Of a stretch of 64,000 nucleotides of DNA, positions 56,412-64,000 are shown piece after piece. Position 1 is the stretch's first letter; every line of letters begins with the position of its first letter. The stretch is from positions 131,068,001 through 131,132,000 of the forward strand of contig OX597814.1 of assembly GCA_951406725.2 (NCBI GenBank), read 5' to 3'. Origin of the DNA: Octopus vulgaris. Its lineage: Eukaryota. Below the pieces are notes generated by a model, which made no database searches, was not told the DNA's origin, and saw only the letters and a list, made by a program, of their open reading frames with translations. The translations under genes and the position numbers were made by a program.

Positions 56412-58150
56412 ATGTTTCTTTATTGGCCACACAGGGCTCAACATAGAGGGGACAAAATACAAAGTAGAGCTTTTGTTTTTGGGAAGAGAAGGAAAAAAAG
56501 GCAAAGGGAGATTAGAAATTCGATCAAAAGGGATCATTAAAAAAAAAGCCGATGAGTAGGGATTGTGTATCACAGAATTGCCATAGTGTAAAAAGAGGAA
56601 AGAGATCAGGTTTATCCGTGAAAAGAAAAGCCTACGGAAAAGACTACGGTAACCTCGAGCAATAATATCATGCAAAATAAAAACGCATTACAGTAAGTGA
56701 CTCTCTTTTTTCCTTTCTTTTTTTTGGGTGGTGGGGTCATAGGATTATGCTCAAGGTGGCTTCGTCATTCATACGTGCCATCCTTGCTACATCCACCCAT
56801 CTTTTTTTGAAACATTCACTAGACAGAACTTCCCTCTCTACTCTCACCTTCCTCTTCAAGTGATACTTGAAGAAGTTGATGAGAGATTCACCAGAGAGGA
56901 AAGTGCTTGCCTCTAGACCTTTCAGACGCGTCCACCATACACATTCTTTCGCCATAGCCACAAGTACGATGACAATGGCTCTTCCTTCCGTTTCAAGGAA
57001 GGAGGCGCGACAATATTCACAATAGACTCGGTTGGTAAACTGACTCGTCCTACACGCGATAGCAGTCGTTCGACATAGGCCCATTGGTCGAAAATGGTTG
57101 GACACTGTACGAGTGCGTGCAGAACGGTTTTGTCGATCTGACCTCATCTCGGGCATGTCAGCCCCGTGTTTCTCGAGTCATGCCTGTGGAGATTATTCCG
57201 AACGGGTAGCGCTTCTCAATAGCACTGCCAAGCCAGGGATCTCTGGAAGTTGTCCATAGGTCCATAGGTCGTCTTGAACATGTGGATCAGGTATTCCTCG
57301 TCGACGCCCAGGTTCGCCCCGAGATCGTCGTCGTACCTCCCCTCCACTAATCCCCTATAGAATGCTTTGGTTGTGTTGAAGTCGCTCAAGGTCGACCCGG
57401 GACGGTATAGTTGCTTGAGAGCAACGCGACACACGCGGTGCCATTCGCCCTTCCTCGGCCTCTTTTTGATCCACGACTATAGTTCGGTCATGGAGACGAG
57501 CTGCGGGAAAGCGCGCCTCACAAATGGCGACTGCACCTGTTCACTGTCGTCTACGTAGAGCCGGAGATGTCGCACTCCCAGCGCGTGTCTGCGCTTCATC
57601 AACTACGGCATGCTCAGCGCGTGTTGACAGCAAATGGATCGCCTGACCATCGGAACGCATCCTTTCCACAAGAAGCGGAAGAGAATGCGTTCTAGTTTGG
57701 TGATGGTAGGGTCGGGACAAGGCACGACGGTCAGGCCATATTAGAAGACGGACGCGATGTACGTGTTCGCCACCTCCGCCCGACCTTTTGGGGACAGCTT
57801 CCTCTCGGCCCATTGCCGGGCGAGAGTGACCACTCTACTCCTTATCTCGTTCCAGTTCTTCGTTTAGAGGTCCGGACCAAACCAGACCCCGAGCAACTTG
57901 ACCAGACCGTCGGTCCAGCCTCCCACGACGGAGGCGCTGGTGAACGGCACGGGCTTGCTTCTCCAAGTGTCGAGCCGAAAATCCACTGATTTTCGCTCCT
58001 GTTACCGCTTCGTAGTCTTTCAGTGCTTCGCCGACCAGCTCGATGTGCTCCTGGCTAGACGTTATGACGGTGACGTCGTCCGCGTATGCAGACACGCTCG
58101 TCCCGCATCCCAATTCTCGCGGGATGCCCCTCAGTGTCGCCAACTGGCCC
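56412..58150 (-). pseudogene. Tx1/L1-clade LINE, 5'-truncated ORF2 and 3' UTR
   Basis: SVSAYADDVTV..LKDYEAVTGAKI, SLAWQCY, AMAKECVWWTR..FKKRW; 3' end aataaagaaa next to a short (TATC)n. Confidence 0.8.
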
Positions 58151-58154
58151 ATCA

Positions 58155-58500
58155 TTGTTTCTCTCTGGCTCCCAGATAAATACCCCAGCTAAATCCGCGT
58201 CTTTTAGGTCTTAAGTACAAACGAAAATCTCTAATACGGCTATAAAATCTGGAGTTTCTCATTAGTTCTTTACAGACGTTCATGTTTTTTTCCAGTTTGT
58301 TTGAGATATTCATTACCATTAGATAACTAACTATTACAGTAGTGCATATTTCGTTTTCTTTCGCATAGAATAACATCAGGCCAGTTGTGTTTGCATCGGG
58401 GTGCTGGTATTTATTGGATTGTTCCCCCAATGTACTCTTTTCTTGGTGTCGATAGATTTTGGTTTGGTGTGCTTTCGGTATGACCATCGGAACAATCTTT
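58155..58500 (-). pseudogene. Degenerate restriction-like endonuclease region of an R4-type LINE
   Basis: 'YRHQEKSTL' and 'HNWPDVIL' resemble the YKHHPESV..NKPDII region at 14430-14540. Confidence 0.4.
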
Positions 58501-58787
58501 CTTTCGGACAGTACTATAAAATAGTTTTAGCTATATCGTTGTGTATATAAAAATGCTGAATATATGTAAATAAAATCGGCATAAACAAAAGATTCAATTA
58601 CTTAGTGCAGATCGGGTGTCACTGCAATTTCGGCACCATGTTATTTCTAATGGTGCCAGGAAATTGTAAGTGAAATATACATATGTGTGTGTGTGTGCCT
58701 GTGTGTGTGTGTTTGTATGTATGTGTGTATTATATTTTGTACATTATATATATATATTTATGCATGTATATTAAATATACATATATA

Positions 58788-59190
58788 GGCGCAGGAGTGG
58801 CTGTGTGGTAAGTAGCTTGTTTACCAACCACATGGTTCCGGGTTCAGTCCCACTGCGTGGCACCTTGGGTAAGTGTCTTCTACTGTAGCCTCGGGCCGAC
58901 CAAAGCCTTGTGAGTGGATTTGGTAGACGGAAACTGAAAGAAGCCCGTCGTATATATGTATATATATATGTATGTGTATGTGTGTGCGTTTGTGTTTGTC
59001 CCCCTAGCATCGCTTAACAACCGATGCTGGTGTGTTTACGTCCCTGTCACTTAGCGGTTCGGCAAAAGAGACCGATAGAATAAGTAATGGGCTTACAAAG
59101 AATAAGTCCCGGGGTCGAGTTGCTCGATTAAAGGCGGTGCTCCAGCATGGCCGCAGTCAAATGACTGAAATAAGTAAAAGAGTAAAAGAG
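58788..59190 (+). mobile_element. SINE family A, full length
   Basis: Near-identical to 9175-9597. Confidence 0.9.
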
Positions 59191-59349
59191 ATATATTAGA
59201 TATATATACATATATATGGGTATATTGGCTTCCTTCCCAAGCCAGCGGGTGCATTATTCGAAAGCTAAAAGAATTCAAAAGCGCATGGTGACCAGCGATG
59301 CATAACAACCTCCAATAGTCTGGTCTATCACGTGATCGCGTGATATGAC

Positions 59350-59398
<49 letters not shown>

Positions 59399-59937
59399 AT
59401 AGGTATCGAATGATATAAAAATGTAATATAAAATGTCAGTGCAATATTCAAATTCTGTTAGCAGACTGGTAGTATAAACTTTTTTCATTTAATCCCCTTG
59501 TAAACACATGACTAAGCGCAAGATGTATAGAGTACTTTCGTGATAGATTAAGTCAGTAAATATCTTCACACACACACACACACACACACATACACAAACA
59601 CGCACATACGCATGATATTGAACTAAAAGAAAATGGAGCATTTTCCTCAATTGCCCTCTTTTAGCGAGTAATTGAATAATGCTATTGTATCGTGCCAGAG
59701 TTATATTAGCCATTTAAAGCCCATATGCACTTTTATATTCGGTTCCGTTTTCACAAGTATGCAACTGGTTAAAAATTGCTAAAATCTCTCTAGTATGATG
59801 CAATTTAACTAATGGAAATTTCGCCCAAGTTTTAAAAGCGGGAAAGTAGTAAAACTGGAGAATACTAGATATTAGAGGCGTTATGTCAAATCTAATGCAA
59901 AAAGTGGGGATAATTTTGTTTTATTAATAGGCATATA

Positions 59938-60085
59938 GGGGCAGGCGTGACTGTGTGACAAGAAATTTGTTTTCCCAACCACATCGTTCCGGGTTCAGCC
60001 TTAGGCAAATGTCTTTTACTGTAGCTTCGAGCCAAAAGCCTTGAGAGTGGATTTGGTTGACGGAAACTGAAAGAAGCCAGTGGCA
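59938..60085 (+). mobile_element. SINE family A, 5' half
   Basis: Diverged family A head. Confidence 0.75.
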
Positions 60086-60138
60086 TATATAAATACACCC
60101 CCTATATATATGTTTGTGTGTGTGTGTGTGTGTGTGTA

Positions 60139-60198
<60 letters not shown>

Positions 60199-60443
60199 CG
60201 CATGAGGAAATAATTTTATTCTCAAACACAGGATAGTGCTAATAATATAGCATGAACAGGATAAACTACCCACATTTTGCAGAAAAATGGATCGGTGTCA
60301 TTTATCATATATGGGGGGGGGGGGGGGTTATCCTCTTCTTGTTATTTTATCCTGCGTTTGAGAATAAAATTATTTCTCTAACTTTCAGTACATCTCAACG
60401 CTTCTAAACCTTGTTTACTTTCATTGTAATTTGAATTTAACGT

Positions 60444-60550
<107 letters not shown>

Positions 60551-60574
60551 GTATATATATATATATATATAAAC

Positions 60575-62120
60575 TTAGATAAAATCTTAGGTATGTTTCG
60601 ACCAAAGACTGGTTCAGGCCATGTCTAACATAATAGCACCGCCTGATAGGATTATCTAAATCCTTTTTAAGTCAAGTTTTGTTTATGGTTCATTCAAGTA
60701 GTGAGTTCTTGTTGAGTGAGTTGTATCCAGGTATGGGTGGCTTATACGGTATTCCTTGAAAAGATCTGTCCAGACTCCGTTTAAAGGTGATTGGATCCTT
60801 TTCCTCTTTAATCAGTTTTGGGACATTGTTAAACAGGGCAGGGCCTGTTGAGGAAAAGAAATTATGTTGCAGTGTATAGGTATATGTTGTTATCTTGAAG
60901 TGGGCAGGAGACGTATGGCCCGTGATCCCAGCCTTGGATGGACCTTGAAACTAATGTTCAGGTCGTTTGGACAATGCTGGCGGTATATTCTCCACATCGT
61001 ACAAATGATGTACCGCTCGCGGCGGCGCTGGAGAGAATAGAGTTTCAAGGCTTTAAGGCGGTCCCAGTAATCGAGATCAGTCATGTCTTCAATTCGTTTA
61101 GTGAGTGCCCTCTGGGGTGATTCAATCCTCGAGATGTTTTGTTTTGTATGGGGAAACCACAAGGAGCAGCAGTATTCGAGGTGTGAGCGTACAAAGGAGA
61201 AAAGTGGAATGATGACAACTTGTTCTCTGGACCGGAAGGTTCTTAAGATCCAGGAGTTCCTCCTACGAGCTATATCGACCTTATTGTTGATGTGGGCAAT
61301 CCATTTGAAATTGTTATCAACAATTACACCCAGGTCTCTGATATTATTAGATGCTGTGAGCGGTTCCCCTGAAGAAAGCGAGTATGGCTATTTTAGTATA
61401 GACTTTCTTCCAAAATGCATCAGCTCAAATTTTCCCTCGTTCAGTTGCATTTTATTTTTATCTGCCCATTGACTCACAGCATATAGATCAGACTGGAGTT
61501 TAATTCGGTCTTCTTCATTCATGATTTGTTGGAGTTTAGTGTCATCAGCAAATATTTTCACTTTGCAGTGATTTACGACGGTGGAGAGGTCATTTATGTA
61601 AATTATAAAGAGGAGCGAACCCAAGACAGTCCCCTGAGGGACACCAGTGGTGACTTTAGTGGACTCCATCGACCATAATTTCTTGTGTTCTATTCGCCAG
61701 GAAATACTTAATTAAGTGTAGAAGTTTTCCACGGATTCCAACATTTGCCAATTTTGAGAGTAAGATATGGTCAACCCTGTCGAACGCTTTACTGAAGTCA
61801 AGATATATGACATCAGGGTTCGAACCTGTTCCCGAGGCTTTTAGTATATCTTCAATGTGGTGTAAGAGCTGTGATAGACAGTCCCTGCCACAGCGAAAGC
61901 CATGCTGATTTGCAATTAGGAGTTTGTGGGTTTCTAGGAAGTCAGCTATCCTTGATCTTACCACTCTTTCAAACACTTTAATAATGTGGGAGGTGAGTGA
62001 GATTGGGCGATAGTTGATGCGAGGATCTGTTTCCCTGTTTGAAAACCGGGATGACAGACTGGGATAGGAGCTGTTTGGGTATATAACCTGAATTTAAAGA
62101 ATTTTTCTAGAAGTTGGTCA
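60575..62120 (-). pseudogene. CR1-clade LINE, RT domain and 3' end
   Basis: NYRPISLTSHIIKVFER, NQHGFR, VIYLDFSKAFDRVDH, GVPQGTVLG, IFADDTKL, YWDRLKALKLYSLQRRRER. Confidence 0.92.
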
Positions 62121-62309
62121 GAGGGACTGCAATTTGGTGTCTACATTTCTTCAAGAGACTAGCGGACTGTGGGGTCACCGAAGCATCACCGACCGGTCCA
62201 ATTTGCCAATTGCCTGATTTGTTGCTAAAAATGTGCGTGACCGGATATTGTCAGAGTTGTGGATTGTCTTTTTCTTTTTTTTTTCTTAGATTCTAGATTC
62301 TTGTTCAGT

Positions 62310-63000
62310 GTCTTCTTCCTTATAACTTTTCAAGACTTTCTGAGTCTCTCTATGTACAGCTCGCTATTCATTGTACAGTCACATTCCAGAAAATCGAAGA
62401 GAATGACGCCTTTGTCAGCCCCTTGGACAGTCGCCATGACGTCCTGTGTCAATCTCTGGCTCTCTGACTACTTAGGTCTTGGAGAGGAGGTGTGATGTCA
62501 GTCCATGAACTAGACTTTCGTTCCCAGATCATAGAGATACCCAACGTTCCCACCCTTATCACTAAATCGGTGTTTGGTTTCAAATACATCCAGTAGATCA
62601 GAGACTGCTACCTTTATCTCCTTCAAACTGGGTGTTAGCTGCCGAGATATCCGCTTTTCTAACACTTTGCTATACCCAAAATCTTCTACCATGTAACACA
62701 TTGTGACTAAAGTCCAGTTGGACAGCAGGCTCACGAACTGTGACTGCGAATTAATCTGTCCATTCGCTGGAGATTCGCGTCAATAGCTGCAGTTGATAGT
62801 ATTCCACAATGTAGGTTGTCTCAATGCTGGTTCACCCCTCTTTAAACTTCTTCAAGTGAAAATTTCTCTTGTCAGCAGAACCTTTTCTATAAACACACTA
62901 TAGCCTTCTATCGGTGTTGGACAACCTGAACTCCTCCTCCTTCGTCAATAACACGATGACAGCACAAGAGAAACAATCAGAAAGAAGAATTACTATAGAG
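62310..63000 (-). pseudogene. mariner transposase remnant
   Basis: FGYSKV..RISRQLT (cf. WVPxxL) and DVMATVQGADKGVILFDFL..TMNSELY (cf. KVMATVFWD.KGVI). Confidence 0.7.
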
Positions 63001-63145
63001 AAAGAGTTGATCTATAAATCTGTGCAATTTGGACTACTTCTAGCTGTAATAACATAGTTATGGCCACATTTTTCATTACTCTTTGTACAGCGCCTGTATA
63101 TCAAACAGGGTCTGAGGATACTTATGTTAGTTTACATTGGTTACA

Positions 63146-63320
63146 AGTTTGTAATATTTAATACATCTGTATGCTGTGAGAACAAAAGTTTTTTTTTAAC
63201 TATTTAGTAAAGTTTGTAATATTTGACACATCTGTATGCTGTGAGAACAAAAGTTTAAAAAAAATTATTTAGTAAAGTTTGTAATATTTGATCCGTTCAT
63301 ATGCCGTGAGAATACAAGTG
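63146..63320. repeat. ~64-bp minisatellite, about 3 copies
   Basis: aagtttgtaatattt..catctgtatgctgtgagaacaaaagttt repeated. Confidence 0.85.
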
Positions 63321-63545
63321 TCATTTCTAAAAGTTTGTATGACGTCGGGAAGCAAGAATTATGATGTTTCAGACAGCTCAGTTTATCAGAAACAAAGTGT
63401 GTTTCGAATTTATCTGAACATATATGAGACTGAAGAATGTGATTAATGAGAGATAAAAAGAAAAAGATAGTGTACGTAAGGAGGAGATAACCAACTGAAA
63501 AGGGAATTAGAAGTAGGTCAGTGAACAATGCGATATATGTGTATT

Positions 63546-63580
<35 letters not shown>

Positions 63581-64000
63581 TACGTGCGCGAGCAAAGGTT
63601 TATGTATATATGTATATATATATTTATATATATATATATTGTCATATATATGTAAGTGAGTGTAGAGACAGACAGGCATGCATGCAGACAGACAAACAAG
63701 CAGACATGATAAATACACAAGCAGATAGACAGGCAGACAAACAGACATAACAAGAAGATTAATATGTTTAAAAATACTGTTTTAGCCATTATTAGATTAC
63801 ATTTCTGATTGGTAATAACGTTTTCTTTATCATTTTTTAAATGTAATACTGTACAGGGTTCGTGTTCTGTTAAAGTTAGTACTTTATTAACTATCTGTAG
63901 GTTGCTAGATATATTTTTTAGTTTCTAAATTTAGAGTTTGGTATGTACTGGAGTTAGGTATTTTATTAATTTTGATGATACTGATATGGAGGTCAGTTCG

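Noticed and set aside
60590-60630. Hammerhead-like CUGA..GAAA on the minus strand
   Set aside because: CUGANGA box incomplete; better explained as the CR1 3' stem-loop.

Overview
Eukaryotic, AT-rich, microsatellite-saturated DNA. The SINE families and repeat content point to a coleoid cephalopod, most likely Octopus (recognised by eye, not database-confirmed). No host gene can be supported; almost all supplied ORFs are translated simple repeats. The window is a mosaic of transposable elements: several tRNA-derived SINE families, decayed LINEs (R4/Dong-type, RTE, CR1, Tx1/L1), DNA transposons (Tc1, mariner, Tigger/pogo), a Helentron-type HINE, and a young 5'-truncated Penelope-like element (RT + GIY-YIG) bracketed by ~1.3-kb inverted repeats. 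The main hidden signal is a set of minimal type-I hammerhead-ribozyme-like motifs. They occur in the Penelope inverted repeats, in a non-coding ~566-bp tandem-plus-inverted array with the same geometry as the Penelope element, in several short (TA)n-embedded elements, and at the 3' end of a tRNA-headed SINE. Together they suggest a Penelope-mobilised family of ribozyme-bearing non-autonomous elements (retrozyme-like). A second signal is a SINE family sharing its 3' tail with the Tx1-type LINE in the same window. Coordinates and folds were read by eye and boundaries are approximate.
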